From: a candidate division WOR-3 bacterium | Lineage (GTDB): Bacteria > Hydrothermota > 32-111 | Direction of reading: 5' to 3' | Length of the DNA stretch: 64,000 bases | NCBI GenBank assembly: GCA_037481815.1 | Contig: JBBFKX010000001.1 | Coordinates: forward strand, 480,001-544,000 | Program-made: the position numbers and the translations under genes | The notes under the pieces: model-generated | The model's input: only the letters and a program-made list of their open reading frames with translations | The model's database searches: none | What the model was told of the DNA's origin: nothing | Part shown: positions 1 through 9,195 of the stretch, piece by piece | Numbering within the stretch: position 1 is the first letter of the stretch | Layout: each line of letters starts with the position of its first letter

Positions 1-455
1 AGTATAAATACCTTTATTTTCAAAAAAGAATACAATTTGTATATCACCTGTTGTAAAATCTATTTTAAAATTACCTTTGGCTCTTGTCGTTCCATTTACT
101 AATGAGTCCCAATAAGGAATACCCTTTAAATTCAAAGCGAAATAATCGTTATCATTCTGGTGAAAATTATTTTGAATTATTTCGGGCATTAACTGAGTTA
201 CTTTTATATAACCTGTATCAATAATAGAATCAAAATAAAGTTTTAAATCTAATAATCCACTCTTTTCGGTAACCGTTCCAGGTCCATCTAAAATTTGAAC
301 ATTCCATTTAGGATCAATTATTCCATCTTCGAAATAATCGCTGACAAATAAGTCAGAGAATGTTTTTAATGGAAATACAAACATAAATAAAACTAACAGC
401 AGTAAATGTAAGTATCGGGGGGGGCGATAGTTATACTTTTAAAATTTTTTTTCAA
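1..455 (-). pseudogene. Frameshifted (candidate phase-variable OFF) gene for a secreted protein; runs off the window's left edge
   Basis: On the minus strand, SD AAGGAGGT precedes a TTG at 455. That frame stops after 20 codons. One extra C in the C8 tract (417-424) gives MKKNFKSITIAPPRYLHLLLLVLFMFVFPLKTFS-DLFVSDYFEDG..., which is open to position 1 and signal-peptide-like. Not in the ORF track. Confidence 0.65.
417..424. repeat. G8 homopolymer tract flanked by the inverted pentamer TATCG/CGATA
   Basis: Read directly as agtatc-GGGGGGGG-cgatag; exceptional in this AT-rich DNA. Confidence 0.9.
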
Positions 456-480
456 AATACCTCCTTGTTGACTAATACAA

Positions 481-509
481 ATTTTAAATAACACTTTTAA
501 AAAAGTCAA
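481..509 (-). promoter_or_regulatory. Sigma70-type promoter for the 1..455 gene
   Basis: Minus strand TTGACT-N17-TAAAAT upstream of the SD. Confidence 0.6.
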
Positions 510-722
510 TAATCCTTTTTAGGTAAGGGAATAGTAGCCATTGATGTTTGAAAAACCAGTTTGATGAAACATTTAATTTGGATAGATTTTAATTTATAAA
601 ATAGCTTTTTAGGAAAAATAACTAAAAAACACATATTCTTTTATTATTTAATTTTTAAAACAACATTCATATCCATTGAATTTGTATCTTTTAGGATTAT
701 AATTTATTAAATTGGAGGTTAT

Positions 723-1556
723 ATGAAAAAATTTTTTCCATTTATGATTTTTGTATTCTCTTTCATTTTCTTGTTAGCAAACGAAAATTATTTCACTTTC
801 AACAATGAACAAAATGTTGTAAAAATTTATCCTCTTTACGAAAAAGGTTTTCTGAATGTTTTCTTCCATAAAATCCAATTCGGAAAAGATTGTACATATT
901 TCAACTATGTGAAAGATGGAAATCAAAGTAATCTCTACCCATTTGAAAGGTATTCAGTTGAAATCGCAATAAACGAAAAACATATCCTAACATTTCTATA
1001 TCAACCATTGACATTAAAAACAGAAGCATTTCTATTCGATACAATATTGGTTGATTCTGTTATCTTCCCGAAAAATTCAAATATGGAATTTGTTTACAGT
1101 TTCGATTTTTACAGAGTTTCATATATGTATAATGTTTTAACTTTCAAAACAAATAAAATATATGCTGGTTTATCATTCCAATTAAGAAATGCTTTCATAT
1201 CATTTTCTGATGGTAAAAATCTTATTACAAATTCTAATATCGGTCCGGTTCCAATTTTTAAACTAAAAACCGAATCTGAACTTGGCACAAAATTTTTTGT
1301 TGAAAATGAATTAGACGGATTTTATGCATCAGGGAAATATATCACAGGGTCAAAATATGATTTTGTTGGAGCAATTTTTGATATGTCATCAAGAGTTGTA
1401 TACAATGTCAACTCTTTTTCAAAAATATTTTTAAATTTCAGATACCTTGGCGGAGGCGCTGAAGGAACAAACAAAGATGAAAATTCAAGATATGATGGGT
1501 ATGTAAAAAATTGGTTACATACATTTTCTGTGACTTTGGGAATAAAATTGAAATGA
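723..1556 (+). CDS. Secreted hypothetical protein, probable small outer-membrane beta-barrel
   Basis: Signal peptide, alternating aromatic/hydrophobic strands, C-terminal FSVTLGIKLK strand; SD GGAGG; TTGAAT-N16-TATAAT at 676-703. Confidence 0.55.
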   Translation: MKKFFPFMIFVFSFIFLLANENYFTFNNEQNVVKIYPLYEKGFLNVFFHKIQFGKDCTYFNYVKDGNQSNLYPFERYSVEIAINEKHILTFLYQPLTLKTEAFLFDTILVDSVIFPKNSNMEFVYSFDFYRVSYMYNVLTFKTNKIYAGLSFQLRNAFISFSDGKNLITNSNIGPVPIFKLKTESELGTKFFVENELDGFYASGKYITGSKYDFVGAIFDMSSRVVYNVNSFSKIFLNFRYLGGGAEGTNKDENSRYDGYVKNWLHTFSVTLGIKLK

Positions 1557-1559
1557 ATT

Positions 1560-4500
1560 ATGGAAAATTTTGAAAATCTATTTTTTCCAAAAACATTAAG
1601 GAAAATCTATTCTCCCGATTTAAAAGATTATACTATTGAAGGGACGGTTACATTTACTGATATTTCAGGTTTCACTCAACTTTCTGAAAATCTTATGTCC
1701 GAGGGCTATGAAGGTGCGGAAAAGATCAGGGATATAATACAATTTTATTTCAAAAATTTTACGGATATAATAGATAATTTTAACGGTGATATATTAAACT
1801 ACAGTGGTGATGCGATACTCGCATATTTTTCGAATTTAAATGATGGTATGAGAAGTTTTGAAAAGATGGTTGAATTTACAAAAAGAGAGGGAAATGTTTT
1901 GAGTATCAGAGCAGGGATTGCAGATGGAGAAATAAAGATTCACCTTTTTGAAAACAATGGAGGTATTATCCCACTATTTTACGGTGAAACTGTAAGATCA
2001 GCACTCGAAGAGGAAAAAAAAGCAAAAATTTTTGAGTACAGTTTAAAACAAACAAGGAATACAGATGAAAAAATAAGGAATGATTTTGAAAAAAGTTTAA
2101 AACTTGATCCCGATGTAAAAAAATTATTTATGGAAAAGGGAAAAGATTTTGGATCCTTCTCGTATGTTTCAGTTCTCTTTATCTACACACAGGATATAAA
2201 AACTACAGAAGAAATTTTAAAATTGAACTATGGTAGGATTCACATAAATAAAATCGAACATTATGAAGATGGAATAAGATTGATGTGTGTTTCAGGTATC
2301 CCATTTGCTAAAAGTTCTCCATCTTTGATCATGGGTGACTTCATATTTGATATTTTAAAAAGTAAACATATAGAGAATATAAAAGGTGGGGCAACTTCAG
2401 GTTATATCTTCAACGGGTTTTCAGATGGAACAAAAAGATTGGAGTACAACCTTATTGGAAAAACTATCAACAGAGCAGCACGGATATCAACCGAAGCAGA
2501 TTTCGGGGAAATTTTGATAGATAAGGATATCATGGAGGATAACAGATTTTTAGATGTTGAATTCAAAAAAAATTCGAATCTTAAAGGTATAGGGAAAATA
2601 AACTTATATATTCCTAAAAGTTATAACAAAAACAGGGTTCCTCTTTATAATCCATATTATGATAGGAACTCCTATCTTGAAAAGGTTGAAAATATTTTAA
2701 AAGAAAAAGATCTCTTGATAATTGGAGGAGATGAAGGAACAGGAAAAACACATCTGGTTTCATCCTATATTTTTAAAAATAACCTGAGTGCTGAATATTT
2801 TCAATTCAATTATCTTGAAGGAGAAAAAAATATACTTTTAAAAAATTTCTCTCAAATAAAAATAGATGAGGATATACAAAAAGATCTTGGAATTCAGATT
2901 TTTAAAGAGAGTTTGAAAAATTCTGATTACGATATTTTCATATTTGACAATTGTGAATACCTTGACTCTAATTCTCTTGAACTGATCAAAAATCTAAAAA
3001 CAACAAGTTTTTCAAAAAAAGTTATTTTTCTTTTTAACAAAAAATTTGGAGATATCATTCTTGATTTTCCTGAAAAAGAGGAACTGTTTGAACTTTTGTT
3101 TATAAGAACCGGAATAAAACCATCAAGAAAGGTTGTAGAACATCTGTACGATCTTACCAAAGGAAACATCTTTTTAATCACAACAATATTCAAAGAACTT
3201 GTTGAAAAAGGTAAAATAACTATAAATTTTTTTGGTGAGTGGGACTTTTCTTCAGATACCGATCTTGTATCGAAAGATATAAGTTCAATTTCTCAGATAA
3301 TATTTTCCGATCTTAAACAAAATCAGTTCACTTTTTTGAAGTATCTATCTTTTTTTGAAAAACCTATAAAAATCAAAGATTTTCTTGAAATTTTCAAAAA
3401 ACTGGAAGAAAATAGTATCAACGATCTAATTGAAAGAAACTTTATAGAAAAAAATGGTGATATTATAACTTTCAAAAACAAAATATTAAAAAGCCATCTG
3501 TACCATTCAATACCTTTAAAAGAAAGAAAAAATACACATAACACGATAGGAGAATTCTATTTAAAAATAGGAGAAAATTTTGAAGCAGGTTTACATTTTT
3601 ATAAATCAAGCGATTATCAAAAAACTCTGCAACTTTTAAATTCACTAAAAGAAATACAACCTTTCAAATTGAACTATTCACACATCGTTTATTTTAAAAT
3701 ACTCAACAGTTTAAAAAAGGACCCTGAAATCGTTAAAACCATTTTTTACATTCTCCTTAAAGAAGGAAGAATCGATGAGATGAAGGAGATTTTAAAAGAA
3801 AACAAAGAACTTCTGGACGAAGACACTTACAGATACTTTATGCTTGAAATTTTTTTCAAAGAGGGGAAACTAGAAAAAATAAAAGAAGAAATTTCTTCTT
3901 TTTCTGTTGAAAAAATCATAGATCCAAAACTAAGGATAAAAACCCTTGATATTATCACATATGTGATGGTTTTAACTAATGATGAAAAAGCAAAAGAATA
4001 TATAGAAAAAACTTTAAAAGAATACCAGCATATCGATCTTGAAACAAAAGTTTCTTTACGCCTACCATCAACTTTGATTCAAATTGGAGATTATGAAAAC
4101 TCTGAAAAAATATTCAAAGATATAGCCGGTGAATATTTTAAAAAAGATGATAAATTAAACGGATATTCAACACTTGTTAAAATGTTTTTCCTTTTCCCTT
4201 TGGGTAAATACAATATATTAGATGCAATCGATGTTGGGAAAAAATATCTCAAAGAGATAGAGAATTTGAATCTACCTCTTGAAAAATTCAGAGTTTTGCA
4301 TTCGATAGCAACAAACCTGAGAGAGTTTGGACAGATAGATGATTCTCTTTCATTTGAACTTGAAGCATTAAAACTTGCAGAACTTTTAAACCTCTCATCA
4401 GAAAGGGCAACCATTTATATCATACTTGGGAGAATATTTTTCAACAAAGGCGATATAAAAAAAAGTATCGATTATTACCACAAAGGAATTGAAATCGCAC

Positions 4501-5048
4501 AGATGAGTAAGTCCAATTTACTTCTTGAAACCATAACCGGAAACCTTGGAGTATGTTACCATGTACTTAAAGATTACAAGAACGCTTACGATTTCTATGA
4601 AAAAGCACTCGATCTATCAATAAAAGTTCCATATTCAAACACAAGTTTTATCTGGATACTCAACCTTGCCCTCCTTTCAACTGAAAATAGAGATTTTGAA
4701 ACAGCAAAAATTTATATAGATATGGCAAAAGAAGAGATCAAAAAGAATAAACTTGAAGAAAGATGGATCGATGTTTTTCAGATAGAAGGAAACTGTTATT
4801 TTTTACAGGGTGAATATGAAAAATGTTTAGAGGTTTTAAAACCGGTTATTGAAGAATCTTTAAAGAAAAACCTCCTTGAAATCCATTATGAATCACTCCC
4901 CTATTATGCTGGGGCACTCATTTTAACAGGGAAAATTGAGGAAGGGAAAAAACTTTTAGAAAAAGTCAAAGATTGGTTGAAGGACAAGGATTATAAAAAC
5001 ATTGAAGATAATTTAAATGAGGTTTTAGAAAGAATCGAAAAAAAATAA
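1560..5048 (+). CDS. Tandem class III nucleotidyl cyclase + P-loop (STAND-like) NTPase + TPR protein (soluble adenylyl cyclase-like architecture)
   Basis: FTDISGFT and YSGDAIL (metal Asp residues); INK and EYNLIGKTINRAARI in the second cyclase domain; Walker A GDEGTGKT, Walker B IFIFDN, GNIF motif; C-terminal TPRs (NLGVCY...YEKAL). Confidence 0.85.
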   Translation: MENFENLFFPKTLRKIYSPDLKDYTIEGTVTFTDISGFTQLSENLMSEGYEGAEKIRDIIQFYFKNFTDIIDNFNGDILNYSGDAILAYFSNLNDGMRSFEKMVEFTKREGNVLSIRAGIADGEIKIHLFENNGGIIPLFYGETVRSALEEEKKAKIFEYSLKQTRNTDEKIRNDFEKSLKLDPDVKKLFMEKGKDFGSFSYVSVLFIYTQDIKTTEEILKLNYGRIHINKIEHYEDGIRLMCVSGIPFAKSSPSLIMGDFIFDILKSKHIENIKGGATSGYIFNGFSDGTKRLEYNLIGKTINRAARISTEADFGEILIDKDIMEDNRFLDVEFKKNSNLKGIGKINLYIPKSYNKNRVPLYNPYYDRNSYLEKVENILKEKDLLIIGGDEGTGKTHLVSSYIFKNNLSAEYFQFNYLEGEKNILLKNFSQIKIDEDIQKDLGIQIFKESLKNSDYDIFIFDNCEYLDSNSLELIKNLKTTSFSKKVIFLFNKKFGDIILDFPEKEELFELLFIRTGIKPSRKVVEHLYDLTKGNIFLITTIFKELVEKGKITINFFGEWDFSSDTDLVSKDISSISQIIFSDLKQNQFTFLKYLSFFEKPIKIKDFLEIFKKLEENSINDLIERNFIEKNGDIITFKNKILKSHLYHSIPLKERKNTHNTIGEFYLKIGENFEAGLHFYKSSDYQKTLQLLNSLKEIQPFKLNYSHIVYFKILNSLKKDPEIVKTIFYILLKEGRIDEMKEILKENKELLDEDTYRYFMLEIFFKEGKLEKIKEEISSFSVEKIIDPKLRIKTLDIITYVMVLTNDEKAKEYIEKTLKEYQHIDLETKVSLRLPSTLIQIGDYENSEKIFKDIAGEYFKKDDKLNGYSTLVKMFFLFPLGKYNILDAIDVGKKYLKEIENLNLPLEKFRVLHSIATNLREFGQIDDSLSFELEALKLAELLNLSSERATIYIILGRIFFNKGDIKKSIDYYHKGIEIAQMSKSNLLLETITGNLGVCYHVLKDYKNAYDFYEKALDLSIKVPYSNTSFIWILNLALLSTENRDFETAKIYIDMAKEEIKKNKLEERWIDVFQIEGNCYFLQGEYEKCLEVLKPVIEESLKKNLLEIHYESLPYYAGALILTGKIEEGKKLLEKVKDWLKDKDYKNIEDNLNEVLERIEKK

Positions 5049-5112
5049 GACATCTGTAACTTTTCCAATACACTTTCCATAGTATAAATGTCCTAAAAAT
5101 AATAATTTATTT

Positions 5113-5128
5113 TGGCACAATAGATGCA
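5113..5128 (+). promoter_or_regulatory. Sigma-54 (-24/-12) promoter
   Basis: TGGCACAATAGATGCA has exact GG-N10-GC spacing and lies just upstream of 5152; TGT-N12-ACA at 5055-5072. Confidence 0.75.
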
Positions 5129-5151
5129 CCTTACTTTACCAAAGAAGTGAG

Positions 5152-5628
5152 GTGTATATGAAAAAAATAAAAATTATAATTTTCTGTCTTCTTTTGTTAA
5201 TTTCATCTATCGTATTTTCAAAAGAAAAGAACACCTCATCAGCATCGATCCAAATAATTTTGAAACTACCTAAACAGGATAAAAATCAATCAACCACCTC
5301 AAACCTTCATCTCTCCTCCATCCCATATACCCCTCCCGTAAATATCCCCCAAAATTTTGAGGTGGTTGATATTAAAGTAGAAAAAGGTTTAAACTTGAAA
5401 ATAAAGAATAAAATTGATTCTAAAAATAGAATAAAAGTTTCAGTTAACATAGTTAACAGAAAACAGGGCAATAATATTACCAAACAATACGATATAATAC
5501 TTGGCGAACAGAAAACTTATTCTATAAAACTCAAAAATGAGATTTTTTATGGTCTTGAAGGTAAAACGATGTTTGTTGTGATCTCAGATGAAAATGGAAA
5601 CGCCTGTTCTTATGGATTCAGTCAATGA
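5152..5628 (+). CDS. Secreted hypothetical protein (sigma-54 driven)
   Basis: Signal peptide MKKIKIIIFCLLLLISSIVFS, S/T/P linker, beta-rich C-terminal domain; start may be the ATG at 5158. Confidence 0.65.
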   Translation: MYMKKIKIIIFCLLLLISSIVFSKEKNTSSASIQIILKLPKQDKNQSTTSNLHLSSIPYTPPVNIPQNFEVVDIKVEKGLNLKIKNKIDSKNRIKVSVNIVNRKQGNNITKQYDIILGEQKTYSIKLKNEIFYGLEGKTMFVVISDENGNACSYGFSQ

Positions 5629-7046
5629 AAATTTTCAAGAATCTTTATGGTTGATTTTAAAACAATCATAATTAAAATTATAAAAAAATTTTTTCTATAT
5701 GGATAACAAAAAGATAGTAAAAATTTAAGAAAAAGTATAACCAGAATTTTTTTATTTTTGATCTTATTAAATTCGATCTTCCCAATCGTTTTGTCAATAT
5801 TATTTCGATCAAAAAGAGGTTCAATTCTATAACCTAAACCTTTACAATATTCCATTCCATCAAAATAACCCACAAGAAAGTCATTATACCTTATCCTTCT
5901 ATCAAAAAAACCTCCGAAATGTTTTAAAATCTCTCCACCGAGTTCTTCAGAAGGTTTCTCTGGTGATATAATATCAATTTCAATGATCTTTTTACCTGTT
6001 GATAAATCTTTACCAAGATCCTTTACATCAAGACAGGAACCTCTCAAAAATTTTTCAACAACCTTTTTTTCATCTTCATTCAAATTTTCAAAAGATTCTT
6101 TTATTTTTTTTCTTAAATCTGAAAGTTTTTTCTCGATTCTGTTAAATTCAAAAGATAACTTTAGATCAGAATAATATGACTGGTAAAAAGTTGCGTCAAA
6201 AAGTTTCAAAATTGAATCAAAAAAATCTCCCTTATCCGTTGATTGTAAATTTTCAATTATTGACTTCAAATCATCGGGATGAGGAACTATTAAAATTATT
6301 TTTTCACTATCTTTGATGTTATCAAAAATGATTTTCAACGGTAAATTCTGTGTAACTCCACCATCAGTTAACTCTATTTCAATTTTTTTATCCTTATAAA
6401 AATCAGAAAACTCAATAAGATCTTCATCTTTGAACACATATTTCACAGAAGGGAAGAATAGTGGAAACGAAGCAGAGGATTTTAAAATTTTAAAGAGTTT
6501 TTTTTCAGAAACATTTTTCATATCAAATACGAAAGAACAGTTGTGTGTCCTCAAAGTGAAAACTTTTGAAAACACTGTATCTTTAATATCTTTCAAAATT
6601 GGTTGTAGAGTTGTAACATTGAAAACCATTTTGATATCGGAATCGGTTTTTGTTGCACATACTTTATCTTTACAGAATTTTAAAGATCTATATTTTTTGC
6701 ACTCTTCACAACCATAATTAAATTCACATCTATTTTTTTCACCTATTGATTCTTCAAAAATATGAACCAGATTGTCAAAATCAAGAACATATCTGTCATC
6801 TTTTGACACAAGATTTTTGATATCAGCATTTTTTATTATAGAATCAGCCATAAAATATGGATTTTTTCCATAAAAAACTGAAACAACAAACAGAAATGTT
6901 GAAATTGCTCCTGCTGAAGAACCACCAATTACTTCAAATTTTACATCATCATTTTCGAGAAACAACTGATAAAAAGAAGTTAAAACTCCAACCTCATATG
7001 TACAGAGTGAAACGCCTCCTGAAACTATAAAAGAAATTTTACTCAT
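5622..7046 (-). CDS. Patatin-like phospholipase
   Basis: SGGVSL glycine loop, GSSAG nucleophile elbow, ASFP and DGG motifs; Cys-rich insertion; hydrophobic C-terminus. Confidence 0.85.
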   Translation of the reverse strand: MSKISFIVSGGVSLCTYEVGVLTSFYQLFLENDDVKFEVIGGSSAGAISTFLFVVSVFYGKNPYFMADSIIKNADIKNLVSKDDRYVLDFDNLVHIFEESIGEKNRCEFNYGCEECKKYRSLKFCKDKVCATKTDSDIKMVFNVTTLQPILKDIKDTVFSKVFTLRTHNCSFVFDMKNVSEKKLFKILKSSASFPLFFPSVKYVFKDEDLIEFSDFYKDKKIEIELTDGGVTQNLPLKIIFDNIKDSEKIILIVPHPDDLKSIIENLQSTDKGDFFDSILKLFDATFYQSYYSDLKLSFEFNRIEKKLSDLRKKIKESFENLNEDEKKVVEKFLRGSCLDVKDLGKDLSTGKKIIEIDIISPEKPSEELGGEILKHFGGFFDRRIRYNDFLVGYFDGMEYCKGLGYRIEPLFDRNNIDKTIGKIEFNKIKNKKILVILFLKFLLSFCYPYRKNFFIILIMIVLKSTIKILENFH

Positions 7047-8778
7047 TGAGTATTATTTCAAATATAAGATATTCAGAATCAACTCTTTTCAAAATTGATC
7101 CTGTTGATCTAACCATAAGGTAGGCATTTATAAATGAGGCATATCTTTCATCGGATATATATATGGACTTTTTCAGGATATCATCAATCTTGTCTTTATC
7201 AAAGTTTTTTGCAGTTGATTCGATACGAAGTACCATTCTCCCGTCATTCTCATAAGTTTCAACTAAAATCCTTTTTATATGGGTAGTGCTCATTTCTAAA
7301 ATAACAAAATTTAGAATATTGTGAAATATTGTTGATAAAACCCTGTATTCGAAAACAACATCTCTTAAATTTTCATTAAGTTTTGACTCTATGTTTATCG
7401 TATATTTGTATTCGGTGTTTGTTATATAGAAAAAAAGTTCCTGTTTTACAAAATCGTTCAAAGAAAAGTTTGTCTTCCCCTCTTCATATTCATACTTAAT
7501 CTTATTGTTCAAAATTTTAAAAGATTCCATCAGTTTAGCAACACCAACATCTGTCAGATTCAAAGTTTTCTGTAAAAGGTTAATCTTTTCTTCAAAAATA
7601 CTTTTCAATTGAACCTGTTTCTTTGTATGGATGTGTTTGTCTAGTTCATCAATATTGTCAAGGATATAATCAAAGCCAGCTCTTATGACTGAAATCATTG
7701 AAAAAGAGTTGTGGGCAAAACCCTTTAAAAAATCGTACATCTTCTTATACTGGTTTTGAATATTGAACTGGTATATCCTATCAAGGAGTGAGTTGAACAC
7801 AAAATTCGTATACTCTTTTGACATCTTTTCAAGTATTTTGACATTTGTATAGTTGAAAAGTATAAACATCTCAAAATTTGTAAAACCACTTCTGACCTTT
7901 CTTTTTTCTATTATCAGATTGTATTCCCTTTTCCCAATCAAAAACTCTCTGTTAAAAAAACTGTCATATTCAAGTTCTTCAAGAAGACCTTTGTTCTGTT
8001 CAAACCACTTTTCAAGAGTTGTTTCTTCATTCGACAAAAGTTGTCTGAAAAAATTATTACAATCCAATCTCCCTTTTGGATCGAGTGTCACTATTCCAAA
8101 ATCAAAATTGTTAATTATTACATCTGTATCAAAGGTTTTTACTATATTCAATCGTTTTGACTGAAAAAAATCAAAAAAAACAAAAACGGGAGTTAAGAAC
8201 AGAATTAAATATAAAAGAATCAAAATTAAAAAATTTAAAATTCCAAAACCAATAAAAATATAGAAAACTAAATGGAACAAAGCGATAAAGATAAAAAATA
8301 TTCTTTTCTGAAAAATCGCAAAAATTAGAATTATTGTATAAAAAGGAAAAATGAAAAAAGAAAAATATTCAAGTTCATTTAAAAATTTATCGATAAAAAA
8401 GATTTTTTCAGGACAGGTTATATCAAGAAAGACCGGTGAAAGTATGTATAAAAAAGCAGAAACAATAAAAGCAAAAATAGGATAAAAAATCTTAACACCA
8501 ACATTTTTTATATTCTTTTCAAAATAAAAGAAAAAAAGGAAATAGTTGTAGAAGAGGAAAAATAGAAAAAGTAAAGAATATGTTACTTTAAATCCTTGCC
8601 CAAAAAAAGTCAGATTGAGCATGAATGTTGTCAGTGAAATAAAAGAGAATGTTGCTAAAAAGAATAAAAAATTATTTTTTTCAGATTTGAGATCTTTTCT
8701 GAAAAAAACCACAAAAGAAAAAAATACAGATAAAAGAAAAGAAAAAAGCGAAAATATATTCAAAGTATACATTATCAA
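7039..8778 (-). CDS. Multi-TM sensor with degenerate histidine-kinase-like C-terminus
   Basis: About 7 N-terminal TM helices, PAS-like segment (FGIVTLDPKGRL), H-box-like GFAHN; no recognisable DxGxG or G2 box. Confidence 0.55.
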   Translation of the reverse strand: MIMYTLNIFSLFSFLLSVFFSFVVFFRKDLKSEKNNFLFFLATFSFISLTTFMLNLTFFGQGFKVTYSLLFLFFLFYNYFLFFFYFEKNIKNVGVKIFYPIFAFIVSAFLYILSPVFLDITCPEKIFFIDKFLNELEYFSFFIFPFYTIILIFAIFQKRIFFIFIALFHLVFYIFIGFGILNFLILILLYLILFLTPVFVFFDFFQSKRLNIVKTFDTDVIINNFDFGIVTLDPKGRLDCNNFFRQLLSNEETTLEKWFEQNKGLLEELEYDSFFNREFLIGKREYNLIIEKRKVRSGFTNFEMFILFNYTNVKILEKMSKEYTNFVFNSLLDRIYQFNIQNQYKKMYDFLKGFAHNSFSMISVIRAGFDYILDNIDELDKHIHTKKQVQLKSIFEEKINLLQKTLNLTDVGVAKLMESFKILNNKIKYEYEEGKTNFSLNDFVKQELFFYITNTEYKYTINIESKLNENLRDVVFEYRVLSTIFHNILNFVILEMSTTHIKRILVETYENDGRMVLRIESTAKNFDKDKIDDILKKSIYISDERYASFINAYLMVRSTGSILKRVDSEYLIFEIILNE

Positions 8779-9179
8779 TTCAATTTTGAGAGATTCTTTT
8801 TCGCATCTTCTTTAAATTTGATAACTGTCTGTTTGATCAGATTCCTTCTCCCCACATCTATTTTCAAATTAAAGAGATAATCAACGATCGAATCTGAAAA
8901 GAGGGTGAAGATCAAATCACCCCCCTCTTTTTCCAACTTTTTTCTTCTTGAGTTTGTATAAGGGATTTTACCTGTCAACTCAGAGAATATTTTATTGAAA
9001 TCGATTTTAGGATCCTCAGAATAAATTTTTAACGCTTCAACAAGTAAAGTGATCAGGTTGAACCAATCCTCATAATTTCTTTTAAAAAGATTTTTTCTAT
9101 CTTCAAGTTCAAGCAAAGGTATATAATACCTTGTAATCGCATCTATGTCATAATTAAAATTTGAAACCGCTTTACTCAT
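8775..9179 (-). CDS. Hypothetical cytoplasmic helical protein
   Basis: 134 aa ORF with SD; 4-nt overlap with the next gene. Confidence 0.6.
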   Translation of the reverse strand: MSKAVSNFNYDIDAITRYYIPLLELEDRKNLFKRNYEDWFNLITLLVEALKIYSEDPKIDFNKIFSELTGKIPYTNSRRKKLEKEGGDLIFTLFSDSIVDYLFNLKIDVGRRNLIKQTVIKFKEDAKKNLSKLN

Positions 9180-9195
9180 ATTTTCCTTAAAGAAA

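Noticed and set aside
445..452. T8/A8 run as the slippage site for the 1..455 gene
   Set aside because: Adding or removing one A gives an early TAA stop; a single-base change restores the frame only in the G8/C8 tract, and A/T runs are ubiquitous here.
510..675. Longest intergenic stretch, examined for ncRNA, riboswitch, tRNA or CRISPR repeats
   Set aside because: No stable stems, repeats or recognisable conserved motifs seen by eye; a covariance-model search would be needed to exclude an RNA.
1560..7046. Cyclase-STAND plus patatin as a CBASS/Pycsar/Avs-like defence operon
   Set aside because: The genes are on opposite strands in separate transcription units, the patatin is coupled to the Rnf operon tail, and no other defence or mobility genes are nearby.
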